A DNA stretch of 64,000 nt, from assembly GCA_951406725.2 (NCBI GenBank), contig OX597822.1, forward strand, positions 104,842,001-104,906,000. The letters run 5' to 3'. The notes under the pieces are model-generated. The model did not search any database, was not told the origin of the DNA, and saw nothing but the letters and a program-made list of their open reading frames with translations. Every line of letters begins with the position of its first letter. Within the stretch, counting starts at the first letter, position 1. Shown here piece by piece: positions 1-13,629 of the stretch. The DNA is from Octopus vulgaris. Taxonomy: Eukaryota. The translations under genes and the position numbers were made by a program.

Positions 1-659
1 TGCGTAGTCTATTGGGCGTTGATAAAATACTATAATAGTCAAAATATTTCCCACAAACATCACAACGACAAGGTTTATTTCCAGTATATAGATTTTGTGA
101 ACTACAAGATAAAAATTACATCGTGTAACAAACTCGTTATTTGTTTTTGTCTCTGGTCAGTCGGTGTTTTTTTCCTATTTGCTTCAATCTAGAAATCAAA
201 AGAAATAACTAGTATTTTCTCCAAACTCCGCTTTTGTGACCTAGACATCAATGATTTGAAACTAACCTATTTTCTGTTACATTTCAGACAGATTCAGTGC
301 TGAGCTGCTGAAGCAGAATTATCGTTGTAGTGAATATTCTGGTCAATACACCATAACTATTTGTAAGTCGCTTGACCGTAACCACTTGAGCCTGATCCTT
401 AGTGGCTGATGGTATATGCGTCTCTGATCATGAGCAGGAATAGTGGGGTAGCATCATAACCATGTGCTGAGAAGGATTCTTTAGGGTGTAAATAAATATC
501 GTAACAAACACGAGACAGTTGCTACCCAATGAGGAAAATCATGTTACACAATGTTATTAACGAAAGTTTTTTTTATATATATCATAATAATAGTTTTTTT
601 TAGCAGTGTGTATTCTTTTGTGAACTACAATTTGATAATTATTAATGAATGATTTTCCA

Positions 660-866
660 CAGGCCCAGTCTGATCTGGCAGTGTTGCTACAGCTGGATGT
701 CCTTCTTAACGCCATGGAGTGGTTGGCGTTAGGAAGGGCATCCAGCTGTAGAAACACTGCCAGATCAGACCGGGCCTGGTGCAGCCTCCTGATTTCCCAG
801 ACCCCAATCGAACCGTCCAACCTATGCTAGCATGGAAAGTGGACGTTAAACGATGATGATGATGAT
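660..866 (+). mobile_element. 3' fragment of a SINE/RTE-tail element ending in (GAT)n, with a 5' fold-back
   Basis: Ends ...gctagcatggaaagtggacgttaaacgatgatgat; homologous to the longer minus-strand copy at 36527-36910; inverted arms 660-714 and 724-778. Confidence 0.7.
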
Positions 867-1182
867 TGTTTCACAATGATATGTCTTATCTCTAATGTGA
901 CAACATTTGTGAACAACAAGATTAGAATTGTTAAAAAAAATTTCTACAAATTTTACAATCATAGCATTTCTCTCCAGTGTCTATTAATCTTGTGAATGTT
1001 TCAGTGACCATTGGTAATAAACGATTTACCACATATTTAACGATGACAGCGTGACTCTCCAGAATGTATTTTTTTCGGATTACAAGATTTGAATTCTGAA
1101 GGATTACTCATATATTTCACATTCATATGGCTAACTCCAGTGCGTGTTCGTTTGTACTTTGCTAAATTACTGTTATTGGTAA

Positions 1183-1413
1183 GGGGCGAACTGGCAGAAA
1201 CGTTAGCACGCCGGGCGAAATGCTTAGCAGTATTTCCTCTGCCGCTACGTTCTGAGTTCAAATTCCGCCGAGGTCAACTTTGCCTTTCATCCTTTCGGGG
1301 TCGATAAATTAAGTACCAGTTACACACTGGGGTCGATGTAATCAACTTAATCCGTTTGTCTGTCCTTGTTTGTCCCCTCTGTTTGTAGTCCCTTGTGAGC
1401 AGTAAAGGAATAA
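1183..1413 (+). mobile_element. SINE family A (tRNA-like head, core gtcgactttgcctttcatcctttcggggtcgataaattaagtaccag)
   Basis: Near-identical to copies at 28732, 38349, 46891 and 63275; B-box-like gagttcaaattcc. Confidence 0.85.
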
Positions 1414-2407
1414 GGATTTTTAGCACGCCGGGTGAAATGCGTAGCGTCACTTGGTCTGTCTTTAGGTTCTGAGTTCGAATCCCAACGAGGCTGACTTTGC
1501 CTTTCGCAGGTCGATAAAAGAAGTATCAATTGTCATCTTACACCCTCCCTCAAAATCGATGACCTTTGTGCTAAAATTTCAATTTATATTACTGGTTATT
1601 GACATAACATTTTCCTCCTATTTCATTACAGTAGCGTTTTTCTCTACTATGTTTTCCTTTGAGCAAGGAAACTTCATATTCTGAAGAGAACATTTTCCTA
1701 CCTATCTTGCAAGAATACTCGAAGGCATTTCCACGTAATGATGTTTGTTTACCAAATGTTTCACTTCACAAAGGATTCTCAGTATCAATTCTCAAGAGAA
1801 AGTTGAAAAAATGTCTGTTAAAATATACCTTTAATGGTACAGTTTCTTGTCATAGATTTTATAAGTCTCTGTTAACATGAGTTGAAAAGATGGAATGTAT
1901 GCTACAACGCAAAGTATACTGCAATGCATTGCAGTATATTACTTTGACTATTCGCCACCTTCTTTAAATGTTCCAATGTACCGTTTCCTTTGTTAACAGA
2001 CGGTTGCGTTAAACATGATGAATGCATTTACCAAACTAATCTTGGTGATATAGGTCGTGAAGATATTGGAGACATAAGTCGATAGAAGTCGCAAAAGATC
2101 CATTGATTATAAAATGTTTCGAATATTTCTGACCTGACGCTAGGCAATAACAGTTACCGACAGTTACTATTGGCAAAATTTCGAGGTCGTTATCAGCATA
2201 ATTATTGTTAAAGATATTTAACTCTATACTTGTGAGTTTCGTTAATGCTCACAGTTTTATATGTTTATTTATTAAAGCATCCTTCAGTTAAAATATGCGT
2301 GTGCCTGGGTGTGTGCACGTATTAAATATACTTCTCTACACTGAATTGTTCTACCAATATCACTATCCATGTCTGTCTGTCAATATATGCATGTATATAT
2401 GCGTGTA

Positions 2408-2450
<43 letters not shown>

Positions 2451-2551
2451 ATGATAATAATCTGAGGGAATATTATTCCAAACTTACAGGGAAAAATTCA
2501 ATTTAAAAGTACTAAATCAAATTTCACAAAATATAATATATATATATATAT

Positions 2552-2860
2552 AAATTAGAAAAAACCCCATCATTTATGAATTCAAAATGAAAAATTTAAT
2601 TACACCATCTAGAAAATTACATATAATAGAAATATTAGATATAAGATAAAAAATATAACGATGATTGAGTAATGTACAAAATAATAAATAAAATAATATA
2701 TATACCAAATATATACGTTTTATTTATTATTTTGCAAATTACTTAACCATCGTTATACTTTTTAATCTTATATTTAATATTTCTATTATATGTAATTTTC
2801 TAGATGGTGTAATTTAATTTTTCATTTTGAATTGATAAAAGTTTTTTTTTTTAAAATTAT
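2552..2860. repeat. About 150-bp-arm fold-back (long inverted repeat) between (TA)n tracts
   Basis: aattcaaaatgaaaaatttaattacaccatctagaaaattacatataat is mirrored by attatatgtaattttctagatggtgtaatttaatttttcattttgaatt; centre near 2706. Confidence 0.85.
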
Positions 2861-2887
2861 ATATATATATATATATATATGCGTGTG

Positions 2888-2944
<57 letters not shown>

Positions 2945-3567
2945 TGTATACATGAATATACGCAAACAATCACACCTATACGTATGTGTGTTGGTTTGGG
3001 TTCTGCACGGAATATCGTATTTAATTCAATAGTTTTTTTATAGCCCTGATAAATGTGAGGCAAGATGACATTATATGAAACGCCCTGAAGTATACTTAGT
3101 ACTATTCGTTTCATTACAGAATTATATATGGTAGGTTGATTCGTTTTAATTCTATACAGTTCGAGTGTAGCTAACGTATGTTCCATTCTGTGATGCATAA
3201 TCAGGTTTATTTTAGAAATGTTATTTAAATGTAATATATTATCTCATAAAACTGTATTGATACTGCAGAAATATCTTTAGTGTTTATAGCTCTCTGTTCA
3301 CCCTTTATGTTTTCGCTTACCTTTTGAATGATACCCACCTTTATTTGATTATTTCTACCATTTTGTAGATTGCGATGTCATATATGTTTTGTGTTTCATT
3401 GATTTGCACCTAAAAAAGTCAGCAACCTCTCGTTCTTGGATTTGATTTTATGTGCCAATTTCTAAAGAAGGTTTCTTTGGTTCGGTTCCTTGTTTGGCTC
3501 GTAACTATAATTTTGATTCCATGTTTCGAGTTAGTTTATATTTATCATATCCTGGATGAATGTATAT

Positions 3568-4432
3568 GTTGGGCTGTCAGATAAATTTGTTCGTCATTTT
3601 TACATTTATTTTAATCTCGATTTTTCATCAATATTTTTTAACAAGTCATTCAATAATACTCTCTTCTTTATTGTTCACTACTTCTTGTCAACGTTCCAAT
3701 CACTTGCCAATACCTTGACGATAGAAATCACCGGGTCTTGACTTGAAGGATTCATCGAACCAAGGTTTTAGTTCCATATCGTTGAATGTAATTCTTTGCA
3801 GACTATTGGAATGCGACACAAAAAGGTGATGATCCTGAGATATATCAGGAAAATAAAATGGATGTAGTAGAACTGCGTTGTATTTTTTGATCAAGTTAAC
3901 GACTCGGAAGAGAGTGTGGCCCGTAGAAGAAGATGGCCATACTACCAGTCGGGTCATTTCAGGTAGATTTTCCATCGACTGAAGGTGTTGGGTGATGATA
4001 TCATGGGAGCATCCAATTTGCTAAGCCAATTCTAGTGTGTATTGGAGCGGATCCTTGTGGATAAGTTCATTCAATCGATCGTCATTAGAGTGAAAATGTC
4101 GGCGGGAACACAAAGTCTGTGAGGTCGAATTTCCACTCGTTGAAGCATGAAAACCAATTCCGTGCTGTTGTTTCAGTAACGGTGACTTCTCTGTACACAA
4201 CACAAGACTTGAGCGACTTTAGCAACATTGGAACCTTGACTGAAAGTGAAGAGCAAAGGGATCGAAAACTTGACTCTCAATCGTAATATGTCTGAAAAAG
4301 GAAATTTATTCAAACTTCAAAAACGATCAAAAGATAGAGAAAAGAGCAGAAAAAACGCTGCGATAAATATATTATTCGTGTTAATTCTTTGAAAAGAGAC
4401 GAACTAATATAATCTGATATAATCTGATAACC
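3568..4432 (-). mobile_element. Internally deleted, decayed mariner transposon
   Basis: Minus-strand HPFYFPDISQDHHLF..SLQ..F..WFDESFKSRPGDFYRQGIGK (YSPDLAPSDYHLF motif) and DDRLNELIHKDP; TIR-like ggctgtcagataaatttgttcgtc with a degenerate partner near 4398-4432. Confidence 0.8.
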
Positions 4433-4685
4433 AGGCACTCTGTAGTTATAGAATCTAACGAACGTATTATACTGCAAATTATAACACGTTCGGTCGAATC
4501 CAAAACTGAAAAGAATCTTTTTCTCGGTAGACACAAACTGAATTTTCTATCAACTTCTTTACGACACAGAATTATAAACAAAATTATCCCTTTCGCTACG
4601 TGTTGTGTTTTATATTATTCATTGGATAAATTAAACAGAAGGTTCTTATACTGAACATCATTATTTTCAATATATACTTAGTTAA

Positions 4686-4870
4686 GGCAGTGAGCTGGTA
4701 GAACCATTAGCAAGCTGGGTAAAATGCTTAGCGGCATTTCGTCCGTCGTTACGTTCTGAGTTCAAATTCCACCGAGTTTGTCTTTGTATTTCATCAGTTC
4801 GGGGGTCGTTAAAATTAGCACCAGCTTACCATCTCCCATGAAATTGCTGGCCTTGTGCCAAAATTGAAAA
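4686..4870 (+). mobile_element. SINE family A, diverged
   Basis: Head gagctggtagaaccattagca..., gttctgagttcaaattccaccgag. Confidence 0.7.
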
Positions 4871-5004
4871 CCTATATATACATAGTCTCTTCGTTTTGTG
4901 TTATGTAATAACTTCTTTTGACTCTAGTCAATGATATCGAATAACCCACCACACGAAAATTTGAAGTTTAGTACCTATATTAGAATTTCTTATTATTCGT
5001 TTCT

Positions 5005-5608
5005 ACTATAGGCGCAAGGGCCGAAATTTTGGGGGTGGAAGAGAGTCGATTGGATCGACCTCAGTACTTAATTCATCGAACCTCAAAGGATGAAAGGCAA
5101 AATCGACCTTTGAAATCAGAGCGTAAAGACAAACGAAATACAGCGTGTGGTAAGTAGCTTGTTTACCAACCACATGGTTCCGGGTTCAGTCCCACTGCAT
5201 GGCACCTTGGGCAAGTGTCTTCTACTATAGCCCCGGGCCGACCAAAACCTTGTGGGTGGATTTGGTAGACGGAAACTGAAAGAAGCCCGTCGTATATATG
5301 TATATATATATGTGTGTGTGTGTGCGTGTGTGTGTGTGTGTGTGTTTGTGTTTGTCCCCCTAGCATTGCTTGACAACCGATGCTGTAGTGTTTATGTCCC
5401 CGTCACTTAGCGGTTCGGCAAAAGAGACCGATAGAATAAGTACTGGGCTTACAATGAATAAGTCCCGGGGTCAAGTTGCTCGATTAAAGGCGGTGCTCCA
5501 GCATGGCCGCAGTCAAATGACTGAAACAAGTAAAAGAGTAAAGAGTAAAGAGTAAAAGAGTAAGCATTTCGCCTGGCGTGCTGACGTTTCTTGCCAGCTC
5601 GCCGCCTT
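5005..5608 (-). mobile_element. SINE family A (minus), split by a nested family B SINE
   Basis: 3' part at 5005-5143 and head at 5561-5608 (taagcatttcgcctggcgtgctgacgtttc..gccagctcgcc) rejoin when 5144-5560 is removed. Confidence 0.75.
5144..5560 (+). mobile_element. SINE family B (tRNA-like head, internal TA/TG microsatellite, CR1-like tail, (AAAGAGT)n end)
   Basis: Highly similar to 24233-24647 and 12705-13172; tail ggcggtgctccagcatggccgcagtcaaatgactgaaac. Confidence 0.85.
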
Positions 5609-6161
5609 AGAAACCATTATCTTTACTTAGGCGGTAAGCTGGCAGAATCGTTACCCAGTCGGACATCATGCGAAGCATCATTTTTTCCAGCTCTTTCTGT
5701 TCTGAGTTCAAATTCAGCCGAAGTCGACTTTGTTTTCATTCATCTGAAGTCAAAGAAATAATTAAGACGAACACTGGGGTCGATGCAATTGACTAACTCC
5801 ATTTTACCCAAGATTGTTGGACTTGCACCTAAACTTTAAGCAATTATTTTGATTACCAAGGGAATGCGGTAGACTAGCAGAAACGTCAGCGCATCGAACA
5901 AAATGTTTGGCTATTTCTTCTTGGTATTTAAGTTCCATTTTCATACCCCATCAAGGTCGATCTTACTTTTCATCGGTTGAGGATTAATAAAGCAAAGTCC
6001 CAGTCAAGTACACCGGTCAACTTAACTGAGTAACTTCTCCACTTAAAGCTAGTGTCTTTGCGTCAATTCGATACAATGTAATGCAAAAGCTGGACAATTT
6101 CTAAATTTAGGTTGAGGGATAAGGAAAAGGATAAAATGTTTTCAATAATATTTATTATTGA

Positions 6162-6466
6162 AGGCGCAATGGTCCAGTGGATAGGGCAGCGAACTCGCGG
6201 TCGGAGGATCGCGGTTTCGATTCACAGACCGGGCGGTGTGTGTGTTTATTGAACGAAAACACCTAAAGTCCAACGAGGCTCGGGCAGTGGGTAGTGACGA
6301 CCCCTGTTGTACTGTTTCTCCCCAATTTTCTCTCACTCTTTCTTTCTGTTTCTTGAGTAACGCTGCGATGGACTGGCGTCCCGTCGAGCTGGGGGGAAAC
6401 ACACACCCCATAGAAACCAGGAAACCAGGCCCATGAGCATGGCTAGGCTTGGAAAAGGGCGCATAA
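6162..6466 (+). mobile_element. SINE family C (tRNA-derived head)
   Basis: A-box ggcgcaatggtccagtggatag, B-box ggtttcgattc; shares core gtgtttattgaacgaaaacacctaaag with 11847, 48283 and 58478. Confidence 0.8.
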
Positions 6467-6941
6467 AAAATGGAATATTGTGAGTTCAGATTCTACTGAG
6501 GTTGACTTTACTAATTGAACACTGGCATTGATGTAATCCACTACTTCTCTCACTACTAAATTTCAGGCTTCGTTCCTATAGTAGAAAAGATTGTAAGAAA
6601 AGGTTATACTGGAATATCAAAGTGTTACAGAAAATTGAAATCTAGTCTCATCTACCTTGGCAGAACAATATGCTCCATTTAAAATGTGTTAACATCAGAT
6701 GTCTTCAATTTGTAGATATCAATATAGGAGGAAATATAATTCAGTGACCTAAAGAATCGTTAGTACGCCGGACAAAATTTTCAGCGGCATATCTTTCGGT
6801 TCTTTAAGTCCTGATTTTAAATTCTGCTTTTCGGGTTCGATAAAAATGTTAAAATACGTATCAGTCATGAATTGAGACCGATATAATCGACATTCCCCCT
6901 CCTCTCAAACTTACTAACCTTGCGTCAAAATAAGAAAGCAC

Positions 6942-7030
<89 letters not shown>

Positions 7031-9170
7031 TTTTTACGCAGATCGTGTAAACTATACAACATATTCCTCTTCATTTCAAATCAAGAAAAATATTTGCTAT
7101 TTCTCTATTTTATCATTTAATTTTCTCTGCAACGAAGAGAAATATTATTGAAATAATGGTTTTAAATTCTGGCACGGAACCAGCAAGTTTTATCCAAATG
7201 ATGAATTCTCCACATCGACTAGAGTGTTCAACTTGTACTTATTTCATCAACCCCGAAAGGATGAGAAGCAATTGCCAAACTTGGAGGAATTTGAACTCAG
7301 AAGGCAAAGACGGATGAAATGTCGCTAATCACTTTGCCGGGGGTGCTAACACTTGTTTGCTCACCGCTTTTAATGTTATTGAAATATTGTAGGATGCAGA
7401 TCTTTTTCTAAGATCACCATAATGTTTATAACAAATAAACTAAGATTTCGTTTGTATTTCTTTTGCACGTATGCAGTACTAAATGCTAACAACCTGCATT
7501 TTCTCTGTTGCAGATTACTAAATGACAGCTTTTTCACAAAATACAATTTTATAGAATAAAACCTTTAGACAATATGGAATTACAAATCTATTCTATTCTT
7601 CTACTGGAAGTTAATTGCGTGCCAAACCATAAGAGAACTTTTCCAAGAGTTGTATCTCAGTGAAATCTAACAGAATATGGTTTAGGAAAAAAAACAAAAA
7701 AAAAAAAAACTCATCACATCACTATGACAGTAAATTGAATTTTCAGAGTCACAAAGAAAGCAGTGTATTAACAGAATATAATTTTGCTTGCTACACACAC
7801 ACAGACACGCACATATTCACGTTCCCGTAGGTACGTGCATTGACAGATGCATACACACTTAGCAACCAAGTTTTACCGCTAGTGTTCACTGAAACTTTAT
7901 TTTCGGCGAATCTTTCAATTTTGAATAACATTTTTTATAATATTTATATATATAAATATGGAGAACTATTTACTGATTTCGAGCAATGGAAATCTCACTA
8001 TATAAAAGTAAAAAAAAAAAAAAAAATTCCCAAATTATTAGTTATAATTAGAAAATGCAGAATTTCCATAGAATATAAAGGAAATAAAGTAGGTAATTTG
8101 ATTTTTAAATTAGATTTGATAACAAAAAAAAAAAAAAACTTTCTCACTGTATCTTTACCTCTCTGACATACACATATGTAGAAAACCTAGAATTTCTAAA
8201 TTGCATTTGTGTGAATTTTCATGTAGGAGATATTTAAGTTTCATATAATTGGTTCATTATTAATATACTATAATTTTCTCTCTTTAGTTATGGGTATTTT
8301 TCCTCGTATTTTTATACCAGTGTGCAGATATTTCTTCAAGTTCAAAGATCTGCAACGATGAATGATTTACTAACAAACTATTTTCACCCACCCTTTCTCT
8401 TCGCTTGACTCACTTTAGTTTTTGCAGTTTATCCATTGATTTCTATCTCTATCCAATTTGCGCATAATCGAGATATTTATTTTTATTCCATTTCGAATTC
8501 AACTATTCTTTTCCATTCTTCAAATTATATAGCTCTTTGTTACTTAATCGCTTTCAATTTTCGATATTGGTATTTTATTTTTGTTTAAGTTTTAGCTAGA
8601 TTTGTCTCTCTCTCTCTCTGTCTCTCTCTATTTTTTCTATTGTTCAAATCAACTGATATTTTTTTCAAAGTGGTACCATTGTAAAATAAATAGTAATACA
8701 TATAGGGTAGTTCTCTAACTTTATGATTTTCTACTTCTGTCTGCTGTTTTTGTTGCTCTAATACTCATTTTTGGGAACAATATCTAATTGGTTATAAGTT
8801 TTAGCTCCAAAGTTTTCAAACAAAACAACATCCACTCAATACAGAACCACCAAACATCCGTAGATGACGAAATAAATACATATTGTTCGTACGCGTTATA
8901 TGTGTAAGTACATCTGTAAAAATTGAGATAAAGTATCATCTTAGATATAGACACGTATAATATAGGTTTGTTTGTGAGCGTGTACACGCACACATACACA
9001 CACACACACACACGCACACACACACACACATATATATATACATATATGTATACATCTATGTATATATTCATGTGCAAGTAATCAAGGTTATACTTTTACA
9101 GATGTGTATACACATATATGCAATATTTTATATGTATTATTTATTTATGTATGCAATATGTATTACATAT

Positions 9171-9201
<31 letters not shown>

Positions 9202-9304
9202 CTACCTATCTATCTATCTATATATATATATGTATGTATATATGTATGTATATATATGTATATATATATGTATATATGTATATATATATATGTATATATA
9301 TATG

Positions 9305-9342
<38 letters not shown>

Positions 9343-9511
9343 TATCATGTGGACCACGTTGTGTCCTATTGAAGCATTTATGCTTATTCCAGTATTCCAA
9401 ATTCCTATGTAGATGTTCTGGTTGTGTGAGTTGAAAATACTGGAAAATAGTTTTGTACAGTAATTGTATATCAAAAGAGGACATTGGAAATTTTGGGGTC
9501 ATATTTATTCA

Positions 9512-9591
9512 CCATTACATGTCTTTCATTTCCAAATTGCACACGTAGTAGAAAATATGTACGATGTCACCTATTGAAAATTCTTCAGGCA
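9512..9591 (-). ncRNA. Diverged type-I hammerhead-like fold in a (TA)n-flanked element (9346-9600)
   Basis: Minus: CUGAAGA, AUUUUCAA..UUGGAAAU (stem II), GAAA, GACAUGU-A; stems I and III eroded. Confidence 0.5.
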
Positions 9592-11709
9592 GAGAACGAA
9601 ATAATATATTATATCATTATATATGTACATGTATACATCTATACACACACAGGTATGTACATATATCTACAGAAAGAAAGAAAGAAAGAAAGAAAAGGAG
9701 AGAGAGAGAGGGAGGACTATGTCAGATAGTAAAATAGATATGTGGATAGGTCCATATATGTGTGTGCATTTTTGCATATTCATTAAAGCACAATTCGGCA
9801 TTTGTAAAGTAGAAATGTAGCGGCCCATATATGTAACACTATTTATTCCAACAATGGAATGCGTCTATTAATATTTCAGTAGCAAATTTTACATTGCTTT
9901 GCAAATTAAGGTAGTTGCATCTGAGTTTTTTGTATGCTATAAACTCTTTATAGACATCAGGAAATGGAGAAACTCGTCGTCTGATGAAGCTGCAGAAACG
10001 CTGAAATTAATAAAATCGGCCCCTTTCTGCCCACAAAACATGTGATTTTAGCAAGGTATTGAGTTTTCTCGGCGATGCTGAAAATAACTATGTAAATTTA
10101 AATAGGTGATATTTCAAGGACTATGAATAGTTATATCATGGATAAATTTACAGAGAAGCTTTGTAGGGTACATGATGTAACGGCTGATAACTTCTGGAAT
10201 GTTACTTGGAGATGAATTCAGTTAAGTACGACATCTATAGGAAGTCAGGTGAGGAAGCTATTTACATTCATAGGAATTTGAAAGACTGCAGCTATACTTA
10301 GAAACGATATACGTACATACATATATGTTTACCTTTAAACGGACATATCTTTGACAGAGGTGCTTCCCCGTTACTACGCAGTGTTATCGGGGAGATTTTA
10401 CTTTCACAAGATTTGTTAACCTGATGTTACTAAATTGATACTACTGACGAGAGATTGAAAGAGGATAATATCTTGGTTTAATCCTCCTTGCAATGTTGGT
10501 GCCTCTAAGAACATGGCTATGAACCTCGATCCCTAATTAGTCAACTCTTCTCGAACATATATAAATACTAGAAGTTTTAATGGACTTGATACTTACTGTT
10601 ATTTACATATACCAAGATAGCATCGATTCTAACATCTCAAAATATATTCAAACATATATTCACCTATGTAGTTCTCAATTCTCAGTACACTCCTTCACAT
10701 GCAGGAATCTTGTCTCACTTTCCGCTGAGGAGATCCATTCTTTCCGCGTTAGTGGGCTATAAAAAAACTTTAACCCATCTGATGATATCGCAATAAAATA
10801 CCGGAGAGTTACAGCTAAAGTTCTCCAAACTCCCATTCTATCGTCTAGAAAAAGTTTCTTGTTCTGTATAACATAGTCGGATGTTCTCTACAAATACCTT
10901 CCTTACTCATATGTAGTGAATTTTTTCTCAATGAATTTTTTCAATGAGAAACTTCATTTTCCCATGAGCTATATAACTGTAATAGATTCATTTTTATGCT
11001 TATGATTTTGCTGTGCACTTAGATATGTTACTACCGATCAAAGTAACAGTCTCGGAAATCTGGGCTTTTCAGATAAAGAGTCTAGCCCTTTGCAAATACA
11101 AAGTGGAAGCGGAACAAAACAAATATATATGTTTTTCTCATGTCCACATTCCATCTATTAACCATTGTTGTTACCCAAATTTTAGCGTCAATGTTTTGCT
11201 TTTTCGTTACGACCATCTCATTCTTTAGAGTATGAAATCAAATAATTTAAGAGGAAGATAACATAAATACATCCAGTTCTTGTATTTTGTTTAAAATTTC
11301 TCCATTGTCCCCTTTCTTTTAGATGCATTGAGTTATTTAATAATAGGTTTGTATCAAAGCCTGGAGTTAGTCGATTTTTGCCAGAAAGAACACTGTAAAC
11401 TGGTTCACATTCTCCAAAATATAATCGATTAATACTACAGTGAAAATAACACATTTCAGAGATTTTACAGTTCAGATTCCCTGAATGAACATATACACAC
11501 AATCATACTTGCATAAAAAATGAGGTGCAAATAAGTTCACAGGTGAGCGTTTGATGAAAACATAGCGTCACCTTTTGCATAGACAGATTTGAATAGCCGA
11601 CGGGCCCTCTCTTCAAAAGCAACTCCAGAACAACATAAAAGTCTACTTTAATTAGAGGACATATACACTCATTACAGAGTTGGGGCGCTAAGCAGTGATA
11701 AGTGAAATT

Positions 11710-11823
11710 GCAATGTTATTACGAGGCCGAATATATTTGAAGCACGTTCGAACAAAACGCAGTGAGTAGCTCGTTCCCCAGTTCGAACGTACATCAAACA
11801 TATTCGGACTGATGATAACATTG
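11710..11823. repeat. Short MITE-like inverted repeat
   Basis: gcaatgttattacgaggccgaatatatttgaagcacgttcgaac versus gttcgaacgtacatcaaacatattcggactgatgataacattg. Confidence 0.65.
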
Positions 11824-11846
11824 AAATATAAGCTTATTATATGTAG

Positions 11847-12143
11847 AGGCACATGGCCTAGTGGCTAAAGCAGCAGATTCGCTGTCGAGGGATCACGGGT
11901 TCGAATCTCAGACCGGGCGATGTGTGTGTTTATGAGCGAAACACCTAAGCTCCACGCGGCTCCGGCAGAAGGTGATCGCGAACTTCTGCTGACTCTTTCG
12001 CAACAAATTTCTCTCACTCGTTCCTCCTGCATCTTGCAGCTCACCTGCCACAGACCGGCGTCCCGTCCAGGTGGGGAACCTATACGCCAAGGAAACCGGG
12101 AAACCGGCCCTTATGAGCCAGGCACGGCTCGAGAAGGAACAAC
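11847..12143 (+). mobile_element. SINE family C
   Basis: Head gaggcacatggcctagtggctaaagcagc, B-box gggttcgaatctc; tail gaaaccgggaaaccggccc. Confidence 0.8.
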
Positions 12144-12704
12144 CCTTATATGAATGTCCATGCCTACACCTAACTGAGTGCAGATATGAACCCATAAACC
12201 CATGGAACTCTATTGACCCAAACAAAGAATCTATCTTTTTGCTACTGAATAGCTTCAAATCTGCATATAACAAATCCAATTGCAAAGAAATTCACATGTC
12301 TAAACTTGTTATGAAGTTTTCCTCACTTGACTACACCACTTCGTGTTCAGATGCCGCTCTTTAACTCTAGTTTACGCTTCATTTATCAAATTTACAACCA
12401 AACGTATCCCAGCCCTGACCATCTCAGAGTCTTTATATCAGAGACAGATAAATGAATGAATGTATGTGTAAGGCAAAAAATGTAATGTGGGAAGACTTGG
12501 TATTTCTAGCAGGTCATGTGGTAACGGGCACGGGTGTCTCTTTCGTTGCACTCTCTTTTTCGCATTCTCCCCTTACTCCTTCCTCTCTCTTTCGCTGACG
12601 CTGGATAACTACTTCTTTGTTCTCTCCGCTTCTCAGTCCTTTTCTCTTTCTCGTCTCGTTCCCAGTAATTGTTTCTTTGTTTGTATATATGCATGGACGG
12701 TGTG

Positions 12705-12922
12705 CATTTCTTTTACTTGCTTCAGTCATTTGACTGTGACCATGCTGGTGCAACGCCTTTTTAATCGAGCAAATCAACCCCAGGACTTATTCTTTGTAAG
12801 CCAGTACTTATTCTATCGGTTCCTTTTTGCCGAACCGCTAAGTTACGGGGAGGTAAACACAGCAGCATCGGTTATCAAGGGATGTTTGGGGGGACAAACA
12901 GACACACAGACATATACACACA

Positions 12923-13008
<86 letters not shown>

Positions 13009-13172
13009 CGACGGGTTTCTTTTAGTTTCCGTCTACCAGATCCACTCACAAGGCTTTGGTCGTCCCGAGGCTATAGTAGAAAACACTTGTCCAAGGTGTC
13101 ACGCAGTGGGACAGAAGACGGAACCATGTGGTTCGTAATCAAGCTACTAACCACACAGCCACTCCTACGCCT
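12705..13172 (-). mobile_element. SINE family B
   Basis: Reverse complement of 5144-5560, including the internal microsatellite. Confidence 0.85.
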
Positions 13173-13629
13173 TGCACTTGTGGGTTTGTTTATTGATGCT
13201 GATGTACGTCTTCATATCTTATATGTGTGTGTTGTGTGTCTTGGACTACGTTTTTTTCGCTCCTTTGCATGTGTATGTTAATGCACCTTTGCGTGATAGC
13301 GTCACGACACTTGCATGTATTTGCACATGTATGTTTCTGTGCATGACAATGTATTTCTATGTGTGTTCGTATTTGTTTTTAGGTGGGGTGTGTTTGTATG
13401 CTTATGTCTGAACGATAGGTTAGGTGTGTTTTACTATGCATTTGTGTATCTATTTGAGATTGTGCATTTATTTTCGTTTTTTACGCATGTGTACATATAT
13501 GCGTATATGTGTGAATACATGTTTTTTATATGTGTATATATGTGTGTCTATATGTGATTACTATGCATTTGTGTCCCTATTTGAGATTGTGCATTTATTT
13601 GTGTCTTTATGCCTGTCTATATGTATGCT

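Larger units (their letters stand above)
557..1660 (-). pseudogene. Decayed tandem C2H2 zinc-finger gene (about 5-6 fingers) split by two SINE insertions
   Basis: Minus-strand fragments CGKSFINNYQIVVHKRIHTAKK, ICGKSFITNGH, HTGEKCYDCK, NNSNLVVHKCCH..KTYHCE, NNSNLAKYKRTRTG..PYECEI and HSREKRYCNEIGGK match the finger/TGEKP-linker pattern; stops and frameshifts throughout. Confidence 0.8.

Noticed and set aside
6162-6235. SINE heads as functional tRNA genes
   Set aside because: No closed cloverleaf, and each continues directly into a repeat body
9975-11823. CUGANGA matches at about 9981, 10444, 10779 and 11809 as hammerheads
   Set aside because: Lack a convincing combination of stem II, GAAA, stem III and stem I; 10444 may be a decayed relic but cannot be supported
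12487-13281. 264-aa ORF
   Set aside because: Runs through the antisense strand of a SINE B copy and its microsatellite
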